Below, piece by piece: positions 9,108 to 18,943 of a stretch of DNA of 64,000 bases. Source of the DNA: an uncultured Blastochloridaceae bacterium (GTDB lineage Bacteria > Verrucomicrobiota > Verrucomicrobiia > Methylacidiphilales > JBCBYL01); contig CAYGPJ010000003.1 in the NCBI GenBank assembly GCA_964351865.1, forward strand, positions 73,553 through 137,552, given 5' to 3'. The notes under the pieces are model-generated. The model worked only from the letters and a program-made list of their open reading frames with translations, was not told the origin of the DNA and did no database searches. How positions within the stretch are numbered: position 1 is the first letter of the stretch; each line of letters begins with the position of its first letter. The translations under genes and the position numbers were made by a program.

Positions 9108-9958
9108 AATCAAGTTGCCTGATCGTCGGCTGCGGATATGTAGGCCGGGCGCTGGCGGATGTGCTGGTTCAACAGAACTGGCGAGTGGGTGGAGTCATCA
9201 AAAGCGATGCCTCATGCGCTGAATTAACCGGGGAGGGCCTCAAGTTGTTTCAAGGTGATGTGGCTCAGAAAATTTTTTGGGAAAATCTTCCCTCGAATTG
9301 GGATCATGTGATTTATTGCCCGTCCACCGGTGGCGGGGGACTTGCCGCCTATCAACAGATTCATGATGTCGGATTGAGACACTGCCTGAAGTGGATCAGG
9401 CCGAAAGCTCGTTTATTCTATACCTCATCCACGTCTGTTTATAGCCAGAATGATGGCGAGTGGGTGGATGAAACCTCCGACCTGAAACTTGGGTTCGCGT
9501 CGGCGCAGGTGTTGGTGAAAGCCGAGCAGCGTGTCACATCAGCTGGATACACCGTATTGCGGCTGGGGGGGATTTACGGGCCTGATCGCGGAGTGTTGCT
9601 CAAACGGCTGCAGACCGGTAAAGCCATCATGCCCGAACAGGATCCGAAATGGCTGAACCTGATATATCTTGCAGACATTCTGGCGGCCATTCAGCACGGC
9701 TTGAACGGCAAGCTGCATTCAGGTGAAGTCTACAACGTGATTGATAATGAACCGGCAGCCTATCAGGATATTTATCAATGGCTGTGTGATCAACTCGACC
9801 TGCCACTCCCGCAGGTCGGAACTCCGGAGTATTTCGGGAAACGAGGTATTACCAATAAACGGGTTTCGAATAAGAAATTAAGAGCGACCGGCTGGCATCC
9901 GCAGTATCCCAGTTTTCGGGACGGGTATGAGCAAATGCTAAATGCAGATAAGATCTGA
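9104..9958 (+). CDS. SDR-family NAD(P)-dependent epimerase/dehydratase-like protein
   Basis: N-terminal Rossmann motif LIVGCGYVGRAL in a 284-aa protein. Its ATG overlaps the upstream stop (ATGA at 9104-9107). Confidence 0.7.
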   Translation: MKSSCLIVGCGYVGRALADVLVQQNWRVGGVIKSDASCAELTGEGLKLFQGDVAQKIFWENLPSNWDHVIYCPSTGGGGLAAYQQIHDVGLRHCLKWIRPKARLFYTSSTSVYSQNDGEWVDETSDLKLGFASAQVLVKAEQRVTSAGYTVLRLGGIYGPDRGVLLKRLQTGKAIMPEQDPKWLNLIYLADILAAIQHGLNGKLHSGEVYNVIDNEPAAYQDIYQWLCDQLDLPLPQVGTPEYFGKRGITNKRVSNKKLRATGWHPQYPSFRDGYEQMLNADKI

Positions 9959-10036
9959 AGAAGCTTTAACTCCGAAAACGGAGATTAAACTAAACAAATT
10001 TGAAGTCTATCTGGACGCATTGCCATGCTGTAGTTT

Positions 10037-10585
10037 TCTTATCCTACAGTATTGTGTAGGGTGAGAATATCCGTAGGATTTCTTACCACCGCCAATCGAA
10101 CGAGTGATAAATTTCCATGGCGCAACCGCCCAGACTACATTCAATCTATGATAGAAAATGCGAAATAACGTATTTTTTGACATATGGTGTGGCAGCAAAG
10201 AAAAATGTGCTGAATAACAGCCACTATTTCGAAGCTTTACAGCAAGCAATCCAACAGGCTGATCGCTGGCACATTGAGTGTGTCATTGTGATGCCGGATC
10301 ATGTGCATTTACTGACGGCTCCGTTTAATCGCGATGAATCCGTTGGGAAATTGGCCGGATTTCTAAAGAAGAGATCTAAATTTTTATGTAAAGGCAGCTG
10401 GGATTGGCAGCCGGGATCATTTGATCATCTGTTACGATCCGCCGAGTCTGCTGAACAAAAGTGGAAGTATATTCGCGAGAATCCGGTTCGGGCAGGTCTA
10501 GTGGAGCGTTGGCAGGATTGGCCGTATCGGTTTGGGTATGGCGACTGATAAGATCAACCCGGCTGCTGCCGGATGGAATCTTATC

Positions 10586-10591
<6 letters not shown>
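10037..10591 (+). mobile_element. putative minimal IS200/IS605-type (RAYT-like) unit bounded by a 13-bp direct repeat
   Basis: TCTTATCCTACAG occurs at 10037-10049 and 10579-10591. The left end has hairpin ATCCTAC(10041-47)/GTAGGAT(10073-79) and the right end has hairpin CCGGC-TGCT-GCCGG (10559-10572). The unit encloses only the Y1-transposase gene. Confidence 0.45.
10117..10548 (+). CDS. IS200-like Y1 (HUH) transposase / REP-associated tyrosine transposase (RAYT)-like
   Basis: HUH motif in VMPDHVHLL and a catalytic-Tyr region KWKYIRENPVRAGLV, in a 143-aa protein. Confidence 0.8.
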   Translation: MAQPPRLHSIYDRKCEITYFLTYGVAAKKNVLNNSHYFEALQQAIQQADRWHIECVIVMPDHVHLLTAPFNRDESVGKLAGFLKKRSKFLCKGSWDWQPGSFDHLLRSAESAEQKWKYIRENPVRAGLVERWQDWPYRFGYGD

Positions 10592-11629
<1,038 letters not shown>

Positions 11630-11635
11630 CTTGCC

Positions 11636-12877
11636 CTATGCCTGAGCTTTAGTCGGCTCCGGGATGCCCAGCAATAGACCCAGTGAAACAGTCATTAGTA
11701 TCATTACAATCACGCAACTAAGGACAATGGAGCCGGTGGTTTCATGCAACACTGAAGCCAGTATGGTTGCTATGACTAGACTCGGAACGCTCAGGAATGA
11801 AACGATGGCCATGAAGGTCGGACGTCGTCGTTTGGGAGCCAGGGTGGTCATGAGTGTCGTGGCACAAATATGATCCGTATAAAATGCGTAACCGAACAGA
11901 AAATAAATCAGGTAAAATCCCCAGGTGGAAGTATTGAATATTACAGCGACTGACATGATTAAAAATAGGACCTTTGCAACCAGTAGTGGAATCTTGGATC
12001 CAACACGATCACCCACTATTCCTGCGGTCACATTCCCAGCCATACCGCCAATCATATGAGCCACCAGCAGGAGGCCGACAAAACTTTCTGTTGCGCCGGT
12101 TTCATTCATGGCATGGAGTCCCAGAAAAGGAATGATCAGCAGGAAACTCACTCCCGTGCTCCGCATCAGGATAAAACGCAGCAAATGCGGTTGAGATTTT
12201 ATGAGAGGAATCAAGCTATGCAAATAGGCCCGGTAGGTCGTCGGTGAGTCCTCTGGTCGATGGTTTCGGTTGACTTCTTTGATGGTACAGAACAGGGCGT
12301 AAGACAGCATCATCAGGCTGAAGGTGATCAGATGCAGAATGCCGTAACCGACGGTGCCGGGAAATGCTTCGAGGATGAATTTGACAACGAGCCCAGCGAC
12401 GACGCCGAAGCTGCCTGCGACGACGTAGCGCACGGCCAGACTGGAATTGCGTCGGTTGGCGGGAACGACGCGCGAATAGAGTTCAAAGAATGCACTGATG
12501 GTGATGCCTCCCATCAGACCACTGACAAAAGGAGCGCTCAATACGATCGCCAAGGTGAGCCCCGGACGTGCTTCACCGATGAATAACAGTGACAGTCCAG
12601 CTATCAGGTAAGGCAGTCGTTGCAGCATACTGAAGAGCATGATGACGGGTTTGACTTCTTTACGTCTTTCAAACCAATGAGTCGTAAAAACAGAGGGCAG
12701 CATCAGACCGGCGACCATTAAAATCGGAACGATGGATACCATCCAGCTTGATCCCCCTAACGAAGCGACGATGATCGGGAGCACCGTTTCAGCGGACAGA
12801 AACGCGGCGCCGCCCATATACAATCCTCCCTCCACGGAAATGGCCCAGTAATTACGTTGGAGGAGTTTCTTTTTCAT
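11636..12877 (-). CDS. MFS transporter
   Basis: Polytopic hydrophobic protein of about 12 TM segments. I moved the start to ATG 12877 (MKKKLLQRNYW). It lies directly upstream of dinB on the same strand. Confidence 0.75.
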   Translation of the reverse strand: MKKKLLQRNYWAISVEGGLYMGGAAFLSAETVLPIIVASLGGSSWMVSIVPILMVAGLMLPSVFTTHWFERRKEVKPVIMLFSMLQRLPYLIAGLSLLFIGEARPGLTLAIVLSAPFVSGLMGGITISAFFELYSRVVPANRRNSSLAVRYVVAGSFGVVAGLVVKFILEAFPGTVGYGILHLITFSLMMLSYALFCTIKEVNRNHRPEDSPTTYRAYLHSLIPLIKSQPHLLRFILMRSTGVSFLLIIPFLGLHAMNETGATESFVGLLLVAHMIGGMAGNVTAGIVGDRVGSKIPLLVAKVLFLIMSVAVIFNTSTWGFYLIYFLFGYAFYTDHICATTLMTTLAPKRRRPTFMAIVSFLSVPSLVIATILASVLHETTGSIVLSCVIVMILMTVSLGLLLGIPEPTKAQA

Positions 12878-12999
12878 GCAGGGGAGATAAGGAATTAGCT
12901 CAGGATACAGGTCATGTCGACGATCAAACCTACAGCTGCAACATGGATTTAACATGCTCCGGCATTGACGGATGAGTGCAGACAGACCAGCATGTCGAC

Positions 13000-14343
13000 A
13001 TGAAATCCCTCATTCGCATCGTTCTTTCGCTGGTGGTCATTCTCGTGCTGGTTGCTGTAGGTTTTTTGGTGGTGCCCAAACTGTTGTATATGTTGCCACC
13101 GTTTCAGTCCTGGGTCGCTGGTCAGATTGATCAGCAAAGCGGAGGAAAGTTTTCCTTCGATTCGATCAAGGGGGATGCTTTTGAAGCTCAGTTAACCGGC
13201 GCGTGGTTGGATATGGGTGAAGGTAATTCGAATGTCTTTCAGGCGAAGTTCGATGATTTGACGGCGACCTTTGAGTTGCTGCCAGTGGCCATGTTAAAAT
13301 TGGATCTGAAAGAACTCAACGCCACGGGCGGGGAAGTCGTACTGAACTTGAGTGGGGGTGACTACGAGCATGTCCGGATGCCGGTGAGCGCCGAGAGCCT
13401 GGTGATGCAAGGCGGACGGCTGGTGATCCGAAATCTGCAAGGTTACGAGTGTGCGCTGGAAGATTGTAACTTATCAGTCGATGCGACCGAGACTGGTAAA
13501 AAGGGAAATTTTACAGCAGCTACCGGAAAAGTTGGCGTGGTTGATCTCAGTGGTATTGCTGGTGAATTTGAATTCAGTGAACAGGGCCTGAAGGTGACCG
13601 CGTTCAGTGCCACCATTCCGGGGGAGAGCCAACTATCACTGGATGGATGGCTGGTTTTGAGTGAAGAGGGAGCACCGATCAAGGATGCGGACATGCAAGT
13701 GAAGACCGAGAATGTGCAGGCATTGCTGACGGCACTGGGTTATTCAGATCGTTTTAATGGCAGTGCGGAAGTAAACACGAAGTTCTCCGGCAGCTTCCGG
13801 CCGGAGTTGAAGGATTTGACGGGTGAGGGCACGGCTGCGGTCTCCGGCATCTCGGCTAAAGTTAAATTGCCCAGCTACCCCGGATTTGAAGGCAGTGGCA
13901 TTCTGTCGGATCTGAAACAGATTGACGGATTGGAAGGCTCGGTGCCCTTCAAGTTGGCGGGCGACCAGATTGTGGTCGATCAACTGACTCTGAAAAATGA
14001 GACCATGGACGTCAGTGGCAGTCTACAGGTTGGCTATGATAAGACCATTCGTGGCGATCAGACGCTGCTGGCGGCTCCGTCACTGGCGGCCGGTATTCCT
14101 GACGTGGCGCAAGGGGTGTTTAAGAAAAACGAATCCGGGTGGACGATTATTCCGTTTACCTTTCAGGGCACCTCGAATGCGCCTGCTGCCAACGCAGGTT
14201 CCGTGGTGAGTAAAGCACTGATGAATCCGGTCAATGCGGTGAAAGGCGTGGGCGGTATGTTCGGTGGTTTGTTCGGGGGTGGGGATAAGAAGAAGCCGGA
14301 GCAGGAAGCGGTCGCACCTGCCGAGCCAGCGCCAGAGAATTAG
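13000..14343 (+). CDS. membrane-anchored hypothetical protein, AsmA-like organisation
   Basis: N-terminal anchor MKSLIRIVLSLVVILVLVAVGFLVV, then a long beta-rich Gly/Ser/Thr-rich region and a Gly-rich, charged tail. The family call is tentative. Confidence 0.4.
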   Translation: MKSLIRIVLSLVVILVLVAVGFLVVPKLLYMLPPFQSWVAGQIDQQSGGKFSFDSIKGDAFEAQLTGAWLDMGEGNSNVFQAKFDDLTATFELLPVAMLKLDLKELNATGGEVVLNLSGGDYEHVRMPVSAESLVMQGGRLVIRNLQGYECALEDCNLSVDATETGKKGNFTAATGKVGVVDLSGIAGEFEFSEQGLKVTAFSATIPGESQLSLDGWLVLSEEGAPIKDADMQVKTENVQALLTALGYSDRFNGSAEVNTKFSGSFRPELKDLTGEGTAAVSGISAKVKLPSYPGFEGSGILSDLKQIDGLEGSVPFKLAGDQIVVDQLTLKNETMDVSGSLQVGYDKTIRGDQTLLAAPSLAAGIPDVAQGVFKKNESGWTIIPFTFQGTSNAPAANAGSVVSKALMNPVNAVKGVGGMFGGLFGGGDKKKPEQEAVAPAEPAPEN

Positions 14344-14406
14344 TCGTGTATCGAAGCGCTTAAGGAGGTGGAGAACACCAACTTAAGGATTTTCCTGTAG
14401 CCCGAC

Positions 14407-14521
14407 GGAACGCGACCGTCTCGGACGCACAGTTTGGCGTCCCGCCGAACTGCTTCCCGAAGAGAGACTTGGGCGAGATCCCGATACCCTGCGTGATCGG
14501 GAAGCAAGATGCTCGCGTTCC
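14407..14521. other. 115-nt GC-rich multi-stem element in a convergent intergenic region (possible ncRNA or composite REP)
   Basis: Closing stem GGAACGCGA (14407-15) / TCGCGTTCC (14513-21). Internal stems are GGACGC (14423-28)/GCGTCC (14437-42) and GCTTCCCGA (14452-60)/TCGGGAAGC (14497-505). Confidence 0.3.
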
Positions 14522-14570
14522 AGGCTAACGCCGGCAGCCATCTTAAAACGCTCTTATGTTAGTGCCATTC

Positions 14571-14615
14571 GGGACGGAGGTAACCCCGAAAGCATTCGCG
14601 GGTTACCTCCGTCCC
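14571..14615. terminator. 16-bp-stem hairpin between convergent genes (bidirectional terminator candidate and member of a repeated hairpin family)
   Basis: GGGACGGAGGTAACCC (14571-86) pairs with GGGTTACCTCCGTCCC (14600-15). A T-run (catttttta) follows. The same GGGACGGAGG..CCTCCGTCCC core recurs at 54672-54718. Confidence 0.5.
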
Positions 14616-14631
14616 CATTTGTGGGCATTTT

Positions 14632-15291
14632 TTATAGAAGTTCCGAGGGGTGCTCGATGATGAAATCTGCGCCGGTGCGTTCTAGTTCTGCCCGATCACG
14701 GAATCCCCACAGTACGCCGACGGCGGTCATGCCGGCACGTTTAGCAGTAAGCATGTCGACATCCGTATCTCCGAAATACAGGCAGGATTTCGGCGCGGCT
14801 CCCAAGGTGGCGGCAACCTGTAATGCGCCTTTGGGATCCGGTTTTTTCGGAACATGATCGCCGCTGCCGAGCACGATCTGCCAGCGCCACTGAGACATAA
14901 AACGTTCGACACACAGTTCGGCATGCGGTTGAAGTTTATTCGTCAGTATGGTGAGAGGAATATCGTATTGGTTCAAGGCCGTCAGCAATTCCGGTATACC
15001 ATCATAGAGTGAGGTGGATTTATCGTCCTGGACGGTGCATTCGGTTTGGTAAGTTTCCACCAATCGGGTAACACGGGGGTCATCGACTGACTCGGCCTGA
15101 ATGGCTCGCTGAAACAAAACATCCGGCCCATCACCGACAAAATGACAGAAGGCTTCCTGCGGGTGCATATCGTGGCCGTGTTGTTGCAGCGAGCGGTTGG
15201 CCGCTTCGGAGATGTCTTGCAGAGTATCGAGCAGCGTGCCGTCCAGATCGAAAACAGCGGCTCCGTAGTTACTGAGTTTAAAGTCCTTCAT
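14632..15291 (-). CDS. HAD-family hydrolase (phosphoglycolate phosphatase-like)
   Basis: Motif I is VFDLDGTLLDT and motif IV is GDTDVDMLTAKRAGM. Confidence 0.8.
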   Translation of the reverse strand: MKDFKLSNYGAAVFDLDGTLLDTLQDISEAANRSLQQHGHDMHPQEAFCHFVGDGPDVLFQRAIQAESVDDPRVTRLVETYQTECTVQDDKSTSLYDGIPELLTALNQYDIPLTILTNKLQPHAELCVERFMSQWRWQIVLGSGDHVPKKPDPKGALQVAATLGAAPKSCLYFGDTDVDMLTAKRAGMTAVGVLWGFRDRAELERTGADFIIEHPSELL

Positions 15292-15428
15292 GATGATTGG
15301 CTCCGTAGCATAATGCGCTTAAGTGTCTCATCCCAGTTCAAAAGACAATTTCCACGACTCGAGATCGCCTTAAGTTAACCTTTGCATTTTATGCCATAAA
15401 TATAGGGTAGTGCTACAGATAACTTTCT

Positions 15429-16406
15429 ATGGGCGAACATCAGCAGAATACGCAGGAATTTGGCGACAAGTTGGAACAGGTGCGCCAGGCCGTGGGCAAA
15501 GTCGTGGTCGGCCAGCAGCAGACGATCGACCGCTTGTTATTGGCTTTGCTTTGCAATGGGCATGTCTTGCTGGAAGGCGTGCCCGGAGTGGCCAAGACGT
15601 TGATGGCCAATTCGCTGGCCCGCACCGTTCAAGCTGAGTTCAGTCGGATTCAGTTTACCCCGGATCTGCTTCCCAGTGATCTGACCGGAACGCTGGTATA
15701 TGATCCGCGCGATCACAGCTTTAATCCGGAAAAGGGCCCCATCTTTACCAATTTTCTGCTGGCCGATGAGGTCAATCGTGCGCCGGCTAAAGTGCAGAGT
15801 GCGTTGCTGGAAGCGATGCAGGAAAAACAAGTGACGCTCGGTAAAGTCACTTACGCCCTGCCGAAGCCGTTCCTGGTCCTAGCCACCCAGAATCCGGTCG
15901 AACAGGAAGGCACCTATCCGCTGCCGGAAGCACAGGTAGATCGCTTCATGTTTAAATTAAAAGTGGATTATCCCGACATGGAGCAGGAGTTGCTGGTGAT
16001 GCAGCGGATGGCGAAGCCGCAGTCTGACACCGAGGTGGACGCCGTATTAACGGTGGATGAAATCATGCGCATGCGTGATGCGCTGGCGCAGGTCTTCATC
16101 GATGAAAAGGTAGAGCGCTATATTTTAAGATTGGTCGATGCCACCCGGCATCCGGCTACCTACGGGTTGGATTTTGAGCGATTTCTTCGCTTTGGCGCTT
16201 CGCCGCGGGCATCGATTTATCTTTCACTGGGAGCACGTGGCTATGCGTTGATGCAAGGGCGTGATTATACCGTCCCGCAGGATGTAAAAGATGTCGCGCA
16301 TGACGTGTTGCGTCACCGCATGGCGCTATCGTATCGGGCCGAAGCTGAGAACCTGACTTCGGACCATCTGATTCAACAGATGCTGGATAACGTTCCGGTC
16401 GAATGA
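15429..16406 (+). CDS. MoxR-family AAA+ ATPase
   Basis: Walker A is GVPGVAKT and Walker B is LLADEVNR. 325 aa, first gene of the Bat-type operon. Confidence 0.9.
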   Translation: MGEHQQNTQEFGDKLEQVRQAVGKVVVGQQQTIDRLLLALLCNGHVLLEGVPGVAKTLMANSLARTVQAEFSRIQFTPDLLPSDLTGTLVYDPRDHSFNPEKGPIFTNFLLADEVNRAPAKVQSALLEAMQEKQVTLGKVTYALPKPFLVLATQNPVEQEGTYPLPEAQVDRFMFKLKVDYPDMEQELLVMQRMAKPQSDTEVDAVLTVDEIMRMRDALAQVFIDEKVERYILRLVDATRHPATYGLDFERFLRFGASPRASIYLSLGARGYALMQGRDYTVPQDVKDVAHDVLRHRMALSYRAEAENLTSDHLIQQMLDNVPVE

Positions 16407-16437
16407 ATTGAAACAGGGTGAATACGGACCCTAGATT

Positions 16438-17325
16438 ATGTTAGCTGATTTCGATCTCGATCTTGATCTCGATCTCCGGTTGAAAACGCTGGAGCTGAAA
16501 TGCCGGTTTCCGGTGCAGCACATGCTGGCCGGGGAGTATCACTCGATCTTCAAGGGGCGCGGCATTGAGTTTGAAGATGTGCGCCTGTATGAACCCGGGG
16601 ATGATGTGCGCATGATGGATTGGAAGGTAACGGCCCGCACCGGCAAGCCGCATATCAAGCGCTACATCGAGGAACGGGAACAGTATATCTATCTGATCGT
16701 TGATGTATCCGCTTCCATTCTGGATGATGCGGATGGAGTGCGGCGCAACACCATCGCCGAGGTGTGCGCGCTGATCACGATGGCGGCACTCAATAACAAC
16801 GATCGGGTAGGACTTATCCTATTTACTGATCAGCTTGAGTTGGTGTTGCCACCGGCGAAAGGCAGGCAGCATGCGTTACGCCTACTGGAGGCGCTGATGA
16901 CGTTTGAACCGGTCAACCGTGGCACCCGTTTTGCGGCTGCACTGGATGCCATTGGACACATGGCACGCAAGCGATCGGTATTTTTCATTGTGTCCGATTT
17001 TCTGGCAGAGGATCACCTGGCAGAAATGGGGGCATTGGCGACTCGGCACGATGTCAACGCGGTGCATCTGGTGGATCAGCGTTTTGCTGTCGAAGATCAG
17101 GATGGGTTGTTGCGGATCCGTGATGCGGAGAGCGGCTCGGAGTCATTGGTCGACCTGAAGCTGAGTTGCGATGAAAAGGTGAATCACCGGCAGGCGTTGC
17201 GATCTTCGTTGATGAACCACGGAGTGAACCTGATGGAGATTGGGGCAGGGCAGGACTGTGTGCTGGCTCTGACGTCCTTCTTTCAGTCACGCCAGCATCG
17301 TATCGATGAGGAAACCGGAGGGTAA
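16438..17325 (+). CDS. DUF58 (VWA-like) protein
   Basis: FKGRGIEFEDVRLYEPGDDVRMMDWKVTART is the hallmark DUF58 block, followed by a VWA-like VDVSAS. Confidence 0.85.
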   Translation: MLADFDLDLDLDLRLKTLELKCRFPVQHMLAGEYHSIFKGRGIEFEDVRLYEPGDDVRMMDWKVTARTGKPHIKRYIEEREQYIYLIVDVSASILDDADGVRRNTIAEVCALITMAALNNNDRVGLILFTDQLELVLPPAKGRQHALRLLEALMTFEPVNRGTRFAAALDAIGHMARKRSVFFIVSDFLAEDHLAEMGALATRHDVNAVHLVDQRFAVEDQDGLLRIRDAESGSESLVDLKLSCDEKVNHRQALRSSLMNHGVNLMEIGAGQDCVLALTSFFQSRQHRIDEETGG

Positions 17326-17327
17326 TC

Positions 17328-17885
17328 GTGAGGCGGTTGCGGATGCTCTGGTGGGTTCTGTTGACGGGAACAGGCATGTTGACGATCATCATATCGCCCC
17401 TGCGAGCCGCTGAGGTGGAGTTGGGGTTGACGCCGCAAGAGGTATATCCGGGAGATCTGATAACACTTATAGCCACTTGTTCCAGTAGTGAGTATGCAAC
17501 GTTTACGATTGCACTACCGCAGAGTGAGCAATTGCGAGTGATTTCGATCGAGCCGGGAGTGGTGCAATACCAGCCGGACCGGTACGTGCAGCAACACGTT
17601 TGGGTTCTGCAGCCTAAGTTTTCTGGAATGATCCAATGGAACGAATTGCAAGCGATCGTCGCTTATCGAGATCGAGAAGAAACGCTTCAACTGGAACCGA
17701 TGACTGTAAACGTGCAGGCATATCCGGATTCAGCTTCGGATTCCGGGCTGTCGAATGCCCCGGCACCGTTGCCCTCGGAACCGCGAACACTGGTGACTAC
17801 GGCTTGGAAGTGGATGTTGGGAACAATGCTAGTGGTATTGATGGTAGCCGGATTTAAGTATTATAAACGTAAGGGGCAGGCATGA
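17328..17885 (+). CDS. hypothetical secreted/C-terminally anchored protein (small BatD-like)
   Basis: Signal LLTGTGMLTIIISPLRA and C-terminal TM segment WKWMLGTMLVVLMVAGF. It sits between DUF58 and BatA in the operon. The start is GTG 17328 or ATG 17343. Confidence 0.55.
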   Translation: MRRLRMLWWVLLTGTGMLTIIISPLRAAEVELGLTPQEVYPGDLITLIATCSSSEYATFTIALPQSEQLRVISIEPGVVQYQPDRYVQQHVWVLQPKFSGMIQWNELQAIVAYRDREETLQLEPMTVNVQAYPDSASDSGLSNAPAPLPSEPRTLVTTAWKWMLGTMLVVLMVAGFKYYKRKGQA

Positions 17886-18943
17886 GTTTCGTCTGGCCAT
17901 ATTTGCTGTTGTTGTTACCGCTGGCGATTTGGATCTTTTATCGCAAGAAATCGACCCGCCAATCGCTGACGGTGCCGGCGGTGTCATTGTGGAAAAATGC
18001 GGATGCGGGTCGTGGTCGTTTTCTGTATCTGATTCCGCTGTTGTTTGCGGTCGGAAGTGGTTTGCTGGTGATTGCTCTGGCGCGACCTCAGGCGGGTTCC
18101 GAGGAGAGTGTGGAGGTGAAGGAGGGGATCGCGATTGAAATGCTGATTGATGTTTCCAGCAGTATGGACATGAATTTACAGTCGAAAGTCGGGGACTCCG
18201 TAGAAGTCAAAGCGGGGGCGGCTCCCGGGGTGGATCTCAATCGCACTCGCATGGAAGTGGCCAAGGAACTGGTGGTGCAGTTTATTCAGGGCGACGAAGA
18301 GTCGTTGCCGGGGCGTCCATCCGATCTGATCGGACTGATTACGTTCGCGCGCTATGCGGATACTCGTAGTCCTTTGACGAGCGGGCATGCGGCGTTGGCG
18401 CAGATTGTGAGGAATCTGGAGATCCAGGAACGCCCCAACGAAGACGGCACCGCCTATGGGGATGCGCTGGCATTAGCTGCGGCGCGGTTGCGACATCTGG
18501 ATGAATTAAAGCAGGGAGGGGGTGGCCGAACGGTGGGTGAGGTGGCTAGTAAGGTGATTATTCTACTGACGGATGGAGAGAATAATTCCGGGAAACACCT
18601 GCCTGAAGAAGCGGGGGGGCTGGCCAAGGAATGGGGCATTAAAATTTACGCCATCAGTCTCGGAGACGGGCAAGGCACCACCGAAGCGTATCTGAAGTTA
18701 TCCGACGCCGAGCGAGTGCTGGATCACATCGCTACGGAAACCGGGGGGATTTTCCGGCAGGCGAATGATTACGAAAGTTTGCAATCGGTTTATCGTGAGA
18801 TTGATGAGCTGGAGCGAACCAGGATCACCACGCGTCAGTTGAACCGGGTGCACGAGTGGTTCTGGTTGCCACTGATGTTGGGAGCAAGCTGCTGGCTGGC
18901 GGGGATGGTGCTGGAAGCCACCTGGTTGAGGACGGCGCCATGA
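17882..18943 (+). CDS. VWA domain membrane protein, BatA-like
   Basis: N-terminal TM segments and a MIDAS motif DVSSSM. ATGA overlap with the upstream gene. Confidence 0.85.
   Translation: MSFVWPYLLLLLPLAIWIFYRKKSTRQSLTVPAVSLWKNADAGRGRFLYLIPLLFAVGSGLLVIALARPQAGSEESVEVKEGIAIEMLIDVSSSMDMNLQSKVGDSVEVKAGAAPGVDLNRTRMEVAKELVVQFIQGDEESLPGRPSDLIGLITFARYADTRSPLTSGHAALAQIVRNLEIQERPNEDGTAYGDALALAAARLRHLDELKQGGGGRTVGEVASKVIILLTDGENNSGKHLPEEAGGLAKEWGIKIYAISLGDGQGTTEAYLKLSDAERVLDHIATETGGIFRQANDYESLQSVYREIDELERTRITTRQLNRVHEWFWLPLMLGASCWLAGMVLEATWLRTAP

Noticed and set aside
16447-16476. Five tandem GATCTY hexamers at the 5' end of the DUF58 gene as a phase-variation tract
   Set aside because: The repeat unit is a multiple of three, so slippage would only add or remove Asp-Leu pairs in the DFDLDLDLDL N-terminus without switching the frame. 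The copies are also imperfect.
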